A stretch of 64,000 nucleotides of DNA from Dehalococcoidia bacterium. GTDB lineage: Bacteria > Chloroflexota > Dehalococcoidia > Plut-88900. The DNA lies in assembly GCA_965207225.1 (NCBI GenBank), contig CBDBLV010000004.1:512001-576000 (forward strand), read 5' to 3'. The notes under the pieces were generated by a model. That model was not told the DNA's origin and made no database searches. It saw only the letters and a program-made list of their open reading frames with translations. Each line of letters starts with the position of its first letter. The stretch's first letter is position 1. Positions 38,649 to 47,465 of this stretch are shown here, piece by piece. Both the position numbers and the translations under genes were made by a program.

Positions 38649-38770
38649 CTGATGCTCCTTACAGAACAGGTGGGACCCGGCACTATAGTACCACCTATTC
38701 CCCTGGTGCTCTTCGCTCGATTGACAACCGATACTGCTAGCCATAGACTTTCTACAAAGAGAAAGCCGAA

Positions 38771-38862
38771 TAAGGGGAGCTTGGCGAGCCAGGCTGAGAG
38801 GGCGGCCCAACCGATGCCGCCGACCCCTAGCACCTGAACTGGGTAATGCCAGCGGAGGGACA
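38771..38862 (+). ncRNA. TPP riboswitch
   Basis: GGGGAGC..GCTGAGAG..GACCC..ACCTGAACTGGGTAATGCCAGCGGAGGGA directly upstream of thiG. Confidence 0.95.
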
Positions 38863-38874
38863 GCGTTCCGAGTT

Positions 38875-38903
38875 GAAGCCGCCTCCGTCAGGCGGTTCTT
38901 TTG
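38875..38903 (+). terminator. Riboswitch expression-platform terminator
   Basis: GAAGCCGCCT-ccgtc-AGGCGGTTC followed by a T-run. Confidence 0.75.
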
Positions 38904-38943
38904 TTATTGCACCTTGCCTGCTCAAGGATGGGAGGTTTCGGAA

Positions 38944-39723
38944 GTGAAAATGGACGACACCCTGACCATCGGCAACCGGACATTCAAGTCTCGGCTTATC
39001 CTCGGCACCGGAAAATACCGTAGCTACGAGGAGATGAACGCCTCCTTCGAGGCCTCCGGCGCGGAGATGATTACCGTCGCCCTGCGTAGACTCGACCTTG
39101 ATGACCCATCCAAGCGCACTCTCCTCGACTACATCGACTGGAACAAGTACGTCATTCTCCCCAACACCGCCGGCGCCCGGACCGCCGGGGAAGCAATAAG
39201 GACCGCCCGGCTTGCAAGAGCCATGGGCCTTTCCGACCTCGTTAAGCTGGAAGTCATCCCCGACTCAAAATATCTTCTCCCAGACCCCATCGGCACCCTT
39301 GAAGCCGCCCGCACCCTGGTCGATGAGGGGTTTGTTGTCCTGCCCTACATCAACGCCGATCCCGCCCTTGCCATGCGACTTCAGGAAATAGGCACAGCTA
39401 CCGTGATGCCCCTCGCCTCACCCATTGGCTCGGGGCAGGGGATGGTCTCCTTTGAGCAGATCAAGATAATCATCGAACAAGCCACGGTACCCGTAGTAGT
39501 CGACGCCGGAATAGGCGCACCTTCCGATGCCGCCCTCGCCATGGAGATCGGCGCCGACGCCTGCCTCATCAACACCGCCGTCGCCCAGGCCGGCAACCCT
39601 GCCATGATGGCCGATGCCATGGCCCAGGCCGTCAGGGCAGGCCGCAGTGCATTCCTTGCTGGCCGCATCCCCAGGAAGTCCTACGCATCCGCCAGCAGTC
39701 CCCTGGAAGGCGTCGTGCGTTAG
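38944..39723 (+). CDS. thiG: Thiazole synthase
   Basis: SRLILGTGKY, LPNTAG, VKLEVIPD, VMPLASPIGSGQG, VDAGIG, ASSP. GTG start after GGAGG. Confidence 0.97.
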   Translation: MKMDDTLTIGNRTFKSRLILGTGKYRSYEEMNASFEASGAEMITVALRRLDLDDPSKRTLLDYIDWNKYVILPNTAGARTAGEAIRTARLARAMGLSDLVKLEVIPDSKYLLPDPIGTLEAARTLVDEGFVVLPYINADPALAMRLQEIGTATVMPLASPIGSGQGMVSFEQIKIIIEQATVPVVVDAGIGAPSDAALAMEIGADACLINTAVAQAGNPAMMADAMAQAVRAGRSAFLAGRIPRKSYASASSPLEGVVR

Positions 39724-39802
39724 CGCTTCACCTAAAGTGCTATCATAGCCCGGCATACCACCACCAGGCCCCGTGCCCCGACGTTTCCCCAGGGAGGTTC
39801 CC

Positions 39803-40954
39803 GTGCCCAATTCATCCGACGTTCTCATAGCCGGCGGCGGCATTATCGGCTGCTCCATCGCCTATCACCTTGCACAGCTTGGCATCAAGAGCACCATCAT
39901 CGAACGGGAGTCCGTGGGAAGCCAGGCATCGGGGGCTGCGACAGGCCTCCTGGTCGCGCTGAAAGAGAGCGGGGCCCCCGAGTACTTCACCCAACTTGTT
40001 GAGGAGAGTTGCAAGCGCCACAAAGAGATAGTCCCGGCGGTTGAAGAGCTATCAAAGATAGACGCTCGATACGGCGAATTCGCATGGACGGAACTTGCCT
40101 GCTCTGATGAGGAAGATTCCGGGCTGAAAGAGGCTTTCGCCGAGGTTCTGGCCTCACCTACTGCCCATTGGCTCTCGGAACCCGACCTCCGGGAGATGGA
40201 GCCCCGAGTTACCCAGGAAGCAATTGGCGGGGCCTACATCGGCGGGCAGGCTCAGGTAGACGCTTACCGCTTAACCTTGGCCTTCGCCCAGGCCGCCGAG
40301 GCTCTCGGCTGCACAATCCGTTACGCCGAGGTCACGGGTCTTCGAACCGAAGCAGGCCGCGTTACTGGCCTCAACACATCCCTCGGCCCCATGGATTCCG
40401 ACACAGTGGTTCTGTCCATCGGATCCTGGAGCAAGCGTATAGAGGAATGGATAGGCATGGACGTACCGGTTGAGCCCCTCAAGGGCCAGACCATCCACGT
40501 CGAGATCCCGGGCCCCGACCTACCCTGTATGATCCACCACGTCGATAGGTACGTTGCCCCTAAGATCGGCGGCACGGTCATAACCGGCACCTACGACGGA
40601 TTCATGGGATTTGACACCTCTATTCACGACCAGGGTGTTGCCAAGATATCCGAAGGCGTCCAAAGCCTCTGCCCCGGTATTCTCGAAAGTAAGGTCGTCA
40701 GCCATGTCACCGGCCTCCGGCCCGCTTCCGCCGATTGGCTCCCGATACTGGGCGCCGTGCCCTCGATTCAGGGCGCATACGTCGCCACGGGCCACCAGCG
40801 CTTGGGCATTACCCTCAGCGCCATCACCGGAGAACTCATGTCCCAGCTGATCAGTGGCGCAACCCCGAGGTTGGACCTCCACCCCTTCCGCCTGGACCGC
40901 TTCGAAGGAGCCACCGTGCAAATGGTGAGAGACCGCTTCGGCGCCGTCCACTGA
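39803..40954 (+). CDS. Glycine oxidase ThiO-like FAD oxidoreductase (copy 1)
   Basis: GGGIIG, QASGAATG, PLKGQ, GLRP, GHQRLGITL, within the thi operon. Confidence 0.8.
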   Translation: MPNSSDVLIAGGGIIGCSIAYHLAQLGIKSTIIERESVGSQASGAATGLLVALKESGAPEYFTQLVEESCKRHKEIVPAVEELSKIDARYGEFAWTELACSDEEDSGLKEAFAEVLASPTAHWLSEPDLREMEPRVTQEAIGGAYIGGQAQVDAYRLTLAFAQAAEALGCTIRYAEVTGLRTEAGRVTGLNTSLGPMDSDTVVLSIGSWSKRIEEWIGMDVPVEPLKGQTIHVEIPGPDLPCMIHHVDRYVAPKIGGTVITGTYDGFMGFDTSIHDQGVAKISEGVQSLCPGILESKVVSHVTGLRPASADWLPILGAVPSIQGAYVATGHQRLGITLSAITGELMSQLISGATPRLDLHPFRLDRFEGATVQMVRDRFGAVH

Positions 40955-40965
40955 GAATCCATCCC

Positions 40966-41184
40966 ATGGCCACCCTCCTCGTAAACGGTAAACGCCGCGA
41001 AGTCGAGACCCCCGTTGCCCTACTCGGCTATCTTGCGTCCCACAAGATTGAGCCACGCCTCATCGCCATTGAATACAACGGCGAAATAGTGAAGCGGGAC
41101 CGGTGGGAAGGCATCACCCTCCAGGACGGCGACAAGCTCGAAATAGTCCACATGGTCTCCGGCGGAGCCCCGATACCCCAATGA
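40966..41184 (+). CDS. thiS: Sulfur carrier protein ThiS (with a C-terminal extension after GG)
   Basis: LLVNGK..IAIEYNGEIV..LQDGDKLEIVHMVSGG-APIPQ. Confidence 0.92.
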   Translation: MATLLVNGKRREVETPVALLGYLASHKIEPRLIAIEYNGEIVKRDRWEGITLQDGDKLEIVHMVSGGAPIPQ

Positions 41185-42314
41185 TCTCCTCCCCTGACGT
41201 AGTTATAGTCGGCGGCGGGATAATGGGCGGCTCCGTCGCCTATCATCTGGCCAAACTTGGCATAAGGCCCTTAATCCTCGAGCGGGAGTCCATAGGCTGC
41301 GAGGCGTCGGGCGTCGCAACAGGCATGATCTCCGTCATGTCCATCGACTCCCCGGGGCCCTACCTCGACCTCGCCAAGCTCTCCTTCGAGAAGTACAAGA
41401 CCCTCATCCCTGAGATGGAAGAGGCCTCCGGCGTCAACACTTTCTACGGCAACATCACCTGGCTTGACCTGGCCTTCGATGAAAACGACGAGGCGGACAA
41501 CCGCCATGCCATGGAGTGGCGCAAGACTCTCATGCCAAGGGTCTCCTGGGTTCAGCCCGACGACCTTATCCACATCGATTCCCGCATAACCCCTGAGGCC
41601 ATCAGCGGCCTCTACTTCGAAGACCTCAACCAGGCCGACGCCTACCGCCTCACCCTCGCCTACATCGGCGCCGCCGAATCCCTTGGAGTGGAAGTCCGGT
41701 ACACTGACGTCACTGGTCTGCAGAAGGACAGAGATAGGATCACCGGGGTATGTACTGCGGATGGCGTTATCCCCTGCGATGCCGTTGTCCTTGCAATGGG
41801 GGCCTGGACTGCAAACGCCTCCGACTGGATCGGGATCCCCATCCCCGTTCGCCCCTACAAGGGTCAGATGCTGGAGCTCCAGGCCCCCGGCCCGCCCCTC
41901 GGTGCCAACATCCACCACGGCCGCTCCTACGTCACCTCAAAGCTCAACGGCACTATCCTTTCCGGCAGCTACGACGGCTTCCAGGGCTACGACAAGTCCG
42001 TGTCCCAGGATGGTATCCAGCACGTGCTGGAAGGAGCACTAAAGGTCTGCCCGGCCATGGAGGAAGCCCACATTACCTGGCCCATCACGGGACTCCGACC
42101 CGCCACCCCCGACGAAGTACCAATCATCGGCCCGGTCCCGGGACTGGATGGCGCTTACATCTCCGCCGGCCACCAGCGCAAGGGTATCACTATGGCCGCC
42201 ATGACCGGAGAGATGATTGCCGACCTAGTGGCCGGCAACGATACCCGAATACCCGTGGAGCCCTTCTCCATCGCCCGCTTCGACGACATCCCGGACCCCT
42301 GGGCCGACTCCTAG
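41181..42314 (+). CDS. Glycine oxidase ThiO-like FAD oxidoreductase (copy 2)
   Basis: GGGIMG, EASGVATG, PYKGQ, GLRPATPD, GHQRKGITM. Paralog of 39803..40954. Confidence 0.8.
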   Translation: MISSPDVVIVGGGIMGGSVAYHLAKLGIRPLILERESIGCEASGVATGMISVMSIDSPGPYLDLAKLSFEKYKTLIPEMEEASGVNTFYGNITWLDLAFDENDEADNRHAMEWRKTLMPRVSWVQPDDLIHIDSRITPEAISGLYFEDLNQADAYRLTLAYIGAAESLGVEVRYTDVTGLQKDRDRITGVCTADGVIPCDAVVLAMGAWTANASDWIGIPIPVRPYKGQMLELQAPGPPLGANIHHGRSYVTSKLNGTILSGSYDGFQGYDKSVSQDGIQHVLEGALKVCPAMEEAHITWPITGLRPATPDEVPIIGPVPGLDGAYISAGHQRKGITMAAMTGEMIADLVAGNDTRIPVEPFSIARFDDIPDPWADS

Positions 42315-42363
42315 CCCTCCACTCCTGTACAATACCCCGACACCCTACCGGAGGCCCTCCACC

Positions 42364-43296
42364 ATGCTTATTGCGGGCAAAAAGACCAGGGTAGGCATCG
42401 CCGTACCCCAGATGTTTCCATACGGACCTGTCGACATGAATCTCGTTGCCGAGCACCTGGCTCTAGTCGAGTCTCTCGGATATGACAGCGTGTGGACGCA
42501 AGACTCGGTCCTCGGCACCATGGACACTCTCGATCCTTTTACACTACTCGCTTACGCTTCCACCGTCACCGAAAGGGTTGGGCTCGGTATCTCCGTCCTG
42601 GTTACACCCTTCCAGAACCCCATCCATCTCGCCAAGATTTCCGCCAGCCTCGACCAGCTGTCCAGGGGCCGGCTCATCCTCGGCGTAGGCATCGGTGGCC
42701 ACGAGGAGAAATACCCTGCCTTCGGCTTTGATGCCCGGCACCGGGTCACCCGCTTCGAACACACTCTTGAGCTTGTGAAACGCCTCTGGACCGAGACCTC
42801 CGTCACCTTCAAAGACCGATTCTGGAACCTCCGGAACGTCAGCATCAACCCTAAGCCTCTCCAGTCTCCCCGACCCCCCATCTGGTTTGGCGCTCACGCC
42901 GAGCCCGCATTGGAACGGGCCGTAAGAGTCGGCGACGGCTGGATGGGCGCCGGTTCTTCCTCGACCAATGCTTTCAAGCGCGCCATCGGACACATCCGCT
43001 CCTACATGGCGGAGGTGGGTCGGGATCCGACCACCTTCCCCCTCGGTAAGCGCGTTTACGTTGCAATTGACAACGACAAAGAAAGGGCCGCCCGACGCCT
43101 GGAAGAATGGTTCGACGGCTACTACCACGACGCTGAACGAGCCCGTGAGGTTGCAGTCTTCGGTTCCGAGGAAGAGGTGATTGACGGCCTGGGCCGGATC
43201 ATGGAGGAAGACCCCGACATGATTATGTTCAATCCCGTCTTTGACCTCATGGATCACGCCAAGCGTATCGCCGCCGACATTGTGCCCAAGCTTTAA
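42364..43296 (+). CDS. LLM-class flavin/F420-dependent oxidoreductase
   Basis: GYDSVWTQD, LDQLSRGRLILGVGIG, PKPLQ, GDGWMGAG. Close paralog of 26325..27290. Confidence 0.9.
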   Translation: MLIAGKKTRVGIAVPQMFPYGPVDMNLVAEHLALVESLGYDSVWTQDSVLGTMDTLDPFTLLAYASTVTERVGLGISVLVTPFQNPIHLAKISASLDQLSRGRLILGVGIGGHEEKYPAFGFDARHRVTRFEHTLELVKRLWTETSVTFKDRFWNLRNVSINPKPLQSPRPPIWFGAHAEPALERAVRVGDGWMGAGSSSTNAFKRAIGHIRSYMAEVGRDPTTFPLGKRVYVAIDNDKERAARRLEEWFDGYYHDAERAREVAVFGSEEEVIDGLGRIMEEDPDMIMFNPVFDLMDHAKRIAADIVPKL

Positions 43297-43304
43297 GCCG
43301 ATTC

Positions 43305-44342
43305 ATGCGCATCATCGACTTCCGCAGCGACACTGTAACCCACCCCACCCCCGAGATGTACCAGGCCATGCTCAACGCCGAGCTTGGTGATGATGAATAC
43401 GGCGACGACCCCACCGTAAACCGACTTGAATCCCTCGCCGCCGAAAAGCTCGGCAAGGAGGCTGCCCTTTTCACTGTCTCCGGCACCATGAGCAACCTCG
43501 TCGCCATCCTCACCCACTGCCGCAGGGGTGACGAGCTTCTCGTCGGCGACAAGTCCCACATATTCCTGGAGGAAGGAGGTGGAGCTTCCGCCCTGGGCGG
43601 CGTCCATCTCCAGACCCTCTCCAACGACGACCACGGTATGCTCGACCCCCAACTTGTCCAGGAAGCCATCCGCCCCGACGACCCCCACGACCCCCGCACC
43701 GGCCTCATTGCCCTGGAAAACACCCATACTTTCTGCGGAGGATCGGTCCTTACACAGGACGACATAGCCTCTGTGTCGTCCGTCGCCCACGAGCACGACC
43801 TCCCTCTACACGTAGACGGGGCCCGCATCTTCAATGCCGCCGTCTATCTGGAGACCCCAGTTTCGGAACTCGTCAAGGACGCCGACTCGGTGAGCTTCTG
43901 CCTCTCCAAGGGCCTCAGCTGTCCCATAGGCTCCATGCTCTGCGGCTCCGCCGACTTCATCAACCGCGCACGCTACTGGCGCGAGACTGTAGGCGGTGGC
44001 CTCAGGCAGGTCGGGATCATAGCTGCCGCGGGTATCGTGGGTCTGGAGAGCATGGTGGACCGCCTCGCCGAGGACCACGCCAACGCCCGACGCCTCGCCC
44101 TCGGCCTCAGCCAGATCCCCGGCATCGAAATCGAACCTGACCGCTACCCCACCAACCAGGTCTACTTCGACGTCACCGCCGGCCCTCCTGCCGACATTGC
44201 AGCCAAACTAGACAGCTCGGGCATCAAGGGCGGCACCGGTGACAAGAACTGGAGATTCGTCACTCACTACGGCCTCGGCTCCGAGGATATTGACTACGCT
44301 CTGGACATAGTCGAATCCCTCTTCCGGGAATACGCTTCCTAA
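43305..44342 (+). CDS. ltaE: Low-specificity L-threonine aldolase
   Basis: DFRSDTVT, SGTMSN, LENTH, HVDGARIFNA, CLSKGL, DHANA, RFVTH. Confidence 0.93.
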   Translation: MRIIDFRSDTVTHPTPEMYQAMLNAELGDDEYGDDPTVNRLESLAAEKLGKEAALFTVSGTMSNLVAILTHCRRGDELLVGDKSHIFLEEGGGASALGGVHLQTLSNDDHGMLDPQLVQEAIRPDDPHDPRTGLIALENTHTFCGGSVLTQDDIASVSSVAHEHDLPLHVDGARIFNAAVYLETPVSELVKDADSVSFCLSKGLSCPIGSMLCGSADFINRARYWRETVGGGLRQVGIIAAAGIVGLESMVDRLAEDHANARRLALGLSQIPGIEIEPDRYPTNQVYFDVTAGPPADIAAKLDSSGIKGGTGDKNWRFVTHYGLGSEDIDYALDIVESLFREYAS

Positions 44343-44701
44343 CCCTGCAATAAACAAAGTTCGTTGCCGTCCGGGTCCTCCACGACCGTCCAGCCCTCCC
44401 CGTCCTCTAGGAATGCCGCCAGCCTTCTGCCTCCCAACTCCTCCACCCGCGCCAGCGACCATTCCATATCCTTCACCGTCACATCCAGGTGCACCCTGGT
44501 CTTGCTCGTCTTCTCCTCCGGCACTTTTTGCAGATACACGGTCAACTCGCCCGGTAAGGGTTCGAAGTTCAGGTAGTTGTCATGTGCAGCGAAGCGCTTG
44601 ACCCCCAGCAACGCTGAATAGAAAGCCTCCGCCCTACCCAGGTCTGATACATCTATCCCCACCTGCGTCAAGATTCCTATCGCCTGGCTCTGTTCTGTCA
44701 T
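44339..44701 (-). CDS. VOC/glyoxalase family protein
   Basis: IDVSDLGRAEAFYSALLG, KTRVHLD, DPDGNELC. Confidence 0.88.
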   Translation of the reverse strand: MTEQSQAIGILTQVGIDVSDLGRAEAFYSALLGVKRFAAHDNYLNFEPLPGELTVYLQKVPEEKTSKTRVHLDVTVKDMEWSLARVEELGGRRLAAFLEDGEGWTVVEDPDGNELCLLQG

Positions 44702-44738
44702 CGGTTCAACTCCTGGTGATTCTGCACTTTTGAAGGTT

Positions 44739-45131
44739 TTAGCAGTTTACTGGCACGGCATCCAGGTCAAAGTTCAGCAGGCAGAATTCGTTCCCGTCAG
44801 GATCGGCAAACACGGCGAGCCCGTCGGTCGGTTCTCCGTATTCTTCGACCAGCAACCTGGCACCGAGCGCCTGGACCTTTGGCACCGTCGCCTTGACGTC
44901 GGATACCGTCAGGTCTACATGCACCCGAGTCTTGCTCGTCTTCTTATCCGGCACCTGCTGCAGAAAGACGATCATTCCGTTAGGAAGCGGCTCCAAGGCT
45001 ACATATTCGTCCCACGCCCTATACCTCTTGACTCCCAGCAACGCTGAATAAAACTCCTCCGCCCGGCCCAAGTCCGAAACGTCTATCCCCACGTGCGTGA
45101 GCGCCGCAATTGCCTCAGCTTGCTCCGCCAT
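44739..45131 (-). CDS. VOC/glyoxalase family protein (tandem paralog)
   Basis: IDVSDLGRAEEFYSALLG, KTRVHVD, DPDGNEFC. Confidence 0.88.
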   Translation of the reverse strand: MAEQAEAIAALTHVGIDVSDLGRAEEFYSALLGVKRYRAWDEYVALEPLPNGMIVFLQQVPDKKTSKTRVHVDLTVSDVKATVPKVQALGARLLVEEYGEPTDGLAVFADPDGNEFCLLNFDLDAVPVNC

Positions 45132-45257
45132 AGCCAATACTCCAAACGTCAAATTCGAATTGGTCATTCCGCGCAGGGGCGACCCATTGTTAGTTGCCCA
45201 GGCCGGTTCGATAGTTGGCGATCCTATGCAACCACCGGGCGCATAAGCGTTGCTTTC

Positions 45258-45968
45258 CTAGTACGCCGCCATAATCAGCTGCATCCCTGGCCGCAGCCGT
45301 ACCCTCCACTTCCTCTCCAGATCATCACTCCACTCTGGATCCAGCTTGCTCGCCGCTTCGCAGATGCTATCCAGCCACAGCTCGTACAGCCTCGGGTGTA
45401 TGTCTCTCCACGCCCGACTGTGTATCCGACCCAAGTTGTTCATCATGTCCCGCATCCCCGGGTCTGTCACGTCGTTAGCCACCATCATGTAGACCGACTG
45501 CCGAAGCACTTTCCTCTGCCTCTCGAAGTTGGTCGCAGAGAAATACGGGGCGATCTCCGGCGAAGAGTTCAGGAAAATTCCATAGAACGTCTCCGCAAAG
45601 TTGCCGTTCTCCTCGCACCTGTCGAAGCTACTTCTGACATCCTCATCCGCAAACCCACCCGGCGCCGCTCCAGACTCCCCCACTCCCTTTTCGCGGAAAA
45701 GGTCTAGCCGACAGCTCACCGGCCCATCTGCGGCCACCCGATGCGGTACTTCCGGGTGAATCGTAACTAGTTCCGGCGCCTCGATTGTCCGCTCTTCCCC
45801 ACTCGCAATATCAACAAATTTCAAGCTGCCCTCAAAAACGTGCAGAACGCCCCAGTGCCCCGACGCCAGCTTATGCTCCTTCTTGAGCGCTTCCGGTATC
45901 ATGTCCTGCGTGAATACGTGCGAGCCACTGCTCGGGATAAGGTCTGTGGGTATGCGGTCAACGGCCAT
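45258..45968 (-). CDS. DUF1971 (TehB/YeaR-like cupin)-globin fusion protein
   Basis: N-terminal FTQDMIPEAL..H..GHWGVL..G.L..PEVPHRV. C-terminal globin FYGIFL..PEIAPYF..FERQ..LGRIH..LYELW. Confidence 0.75.
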   Translation of the reverse strand: MAVDRIPTDLIPSSGSHVFTQDMIPEALKKEHKLASGHWGVLHVFEGSLKFVDIASGEERTIEAPELVTIHPEVPHRVAADGPVSCRLDLFREKGVGESGAAPGGFADEDVRSSFDRCEENGNFAETFYGIFLNSSPEIAPYFSATNFERQRKVLRQSVYMMVANDVTDPGMRDMMNNLGRIHSRAWRDIHPRLYELWLDSICEAASKLDPEWSDDLERKWRVRLRPGMQLIMAAY

Positions 45969-46158
45969 TCAAACTCTCCTTAAGGGCGCAATGCGTGGCC
46001 CCGATTATAGGTGCGACACATCCCTTCTTCAACCGCAATACCTCCTTCAGTACCTTGGACACGACACAATGCACTCCCTCGCTTGCGCCCTTGACCTTCC
46101 GGTGGGAAACTTAATATTCGGCGATGGTTTCCTGCTACGTCGCCTATACCCGATCTGT

Positions 46159-46243
46159 GCGGAAGTGTCGGAACCGGTAGACGAGCATGACTTAGGATCA
46201 TGTGCCTTCGGGCGTGTGGGTTCGAGTCCCACCTTCCGCACCA
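46159..46243 (+). tRNA. tRNA-Leu (anticodon TAG)
   Basis: Acceptor GCGGAAG/CTTCCGC-A-CCA, anticodon arm CATGA-CTTAGGA-TCATG, long variable arm, GGTTCGAGTCC T-loop. Confidence 0.96.
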
Positions 46244-46251
46244 CCCCAACT

Positions 46252-46731
46252 ATGCCCCGTCGACGAAACACCCAAACACAAGAACTGGACCTCCACGGCC
46301 TCTCCTGGCCCGAGGCCCGAAGGCAGTTCATCGACTTCTATAACAACGCCTTAGCTTCTGGCAAGAGACGAACCCGGCTGGAGATTATTCACGGATGGGG
46401 AGCGTCTGGGCAGGGTGGCGTCCTGCGCAATCGGTTGAGACGATTCCTGGTCGGCTGCCGAGACAGCCTTGAATTCACCCCCGGTGAAGACGCCGACGGC
46501 AACAGAGGCTGCACCTACGTCACCCCCCTCGAACCTCTCCCGGACGCCAATAACACCCTCGCCGAAGCGATCTGGGACTTCTGTCGGCGCCCCCGCGCCA
46601 TGAGCAAGGTAGCCGGCCAGTTCCGCCGCCACGGCGATCCCCAGGTGTTGGCCGCAGTCCGTTACCTCAAGAAACAGGGCCGTCTCATTGAGACCCAAAA
46701 AGGCAGCGCAGCTCTCCTCGAAGCGCGCTAA
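46252..46731 (+). CDS. Smr/MutS2 domain protein with a probable C-terminal winged helix
   Basis: ELDLHGL, IIHGWG..GGVLR, GNRGCTYV. Confidence 0.85.
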   Translation: MPRRRNTQTQELDLHGLSWPEARRQFIDFYNNALASGKRRTRLEIIHGWGASGQGGVLRNRLRRFLVGCRDSLEFTPGEDADGNRGCTYVTPLEPLPDANNTLAEAIWDFCRRPRAMSKVAGQFRRHGDPQVLAAVRYLKKQGRLIETQKGSAALLEAR

Positions 46732-46742
46732 CCCTTTCGGAT

Positions 46743-47150
46743 CTATCTTAACTTGCTGACGGCATCCGCCGGGCTGACGGCTGGTATGGGAGACTGCTTG
46801 TAGTCCTTCAGGTTCCTTGTGACTATCATCGTTGCTCCGCACGCCCGGGCTGCTGCGACCTGCAGGGCATCTTCGAAATCCCTCATTGGGAGCGAGGCGG
46901 CGTACCTGACTCCTTCAGTATCAGTCTTGGCAACATCTACTATGTGGGTCAGGTCCACAATGAAGTCCAGGATGCTGAAACCTTTATGTCTTGAGGAGAC
47001 TAGGTAGTACAGGCTGGAAACGCTGTGCCAGGCTATGGAGGCCCTTTCATAGCCCAGCTCCACAAGGTCCAGAACTTTGGCGGATGCTTCTGCGAAGGGC
47101 TGCTGGTCCAGGGCCACATCGACCAATACGTCGGTATCTATGAGGATCAT
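46743..47150 (-). CDS. PIN-domain toxin (VapC-like)
   Basis: ILIDTDVLVD, DFEDALQ, IVTRNLKDY. Confidence 0.9.
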   Translation of the reverse strand: MILIDTDVLVDVALDQQPFAEASAKVLDLVELGYERASIAWHSVSSLYYLVSSRHKGFSILDFIVDLTHIVDVAKTDTEGVRYAASLPMRDFEDALQVAAARACGATMIVTRNLKDYKQSPIPAVSPADAVSKLR

Positions 47151-47371
47151 TTAAGGTATTTTCGGGCCAGGGCCTCATATCGCGGGTCGTCGCCTTCGGC
47201 TGGCCTGAACCGCCCTCTCCACTTCGATGACAATGTCGGCTCGTATTTGACGGCGGCTTCCCTCAATTTCCTCTCTACGAGGGAGGATAGGGATTCCCCT
47301 TTGGAGTAGGCGAATTTCTTGGCCTTCGGTATTAGTTCTTCGTCAACTGTTATTGTGAGTTTCTTTTTCAT
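47147..47371 (-). CDS. RHH antitoxin (DUF6364/VapB-like)
   Basis: KKKLTITVDEELI..AKKFA..SLSSLVE..YLK. ATGA overlap with the PIN gene. Confidence 0.85.
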   Translation of the reverse strand: MKKKLTITVDEELIPKAKKFAYSKGESLSSLVERKLREAAVKYEPTLSSKWRGRFRPAEGDDPRYEALARKYLK

Positions 47372-47394
47372 GGCTCGCATTCCTTACGTGTGCC

Positions 47395-47433
47395 GTATAC
47401 GTGTATTATATTACCGTATACTCCCCTTTTCAA
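47395..47433 (-). promoter_or_regulatory. TA promoter with an autoregulatory dyad
   Basis: TTGAAA-N17-TATAAT. Inverted repeat GTATACG (47395-47401)/CGTATAC (47415-47421) flanks the -10. Confidence 0.65.
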
Positions 47434-47465
47434 CCCCTCGTCCGTTTTCGTTTTCCCCCGAGCCT

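Noticed and set aside
38649-38810. N-terminal extension of the aminotransferase ORF
   Set aside because: Overlaps the TPP riboswitch and its promoter region. The SD supports ATG 38648.
45883-46251. N-terminal extension of the Smr ORF given in the track
   Set aside because: Overlaps the globin-fusion gene and runs through tRNA-Leu. The real start is probably 46252.
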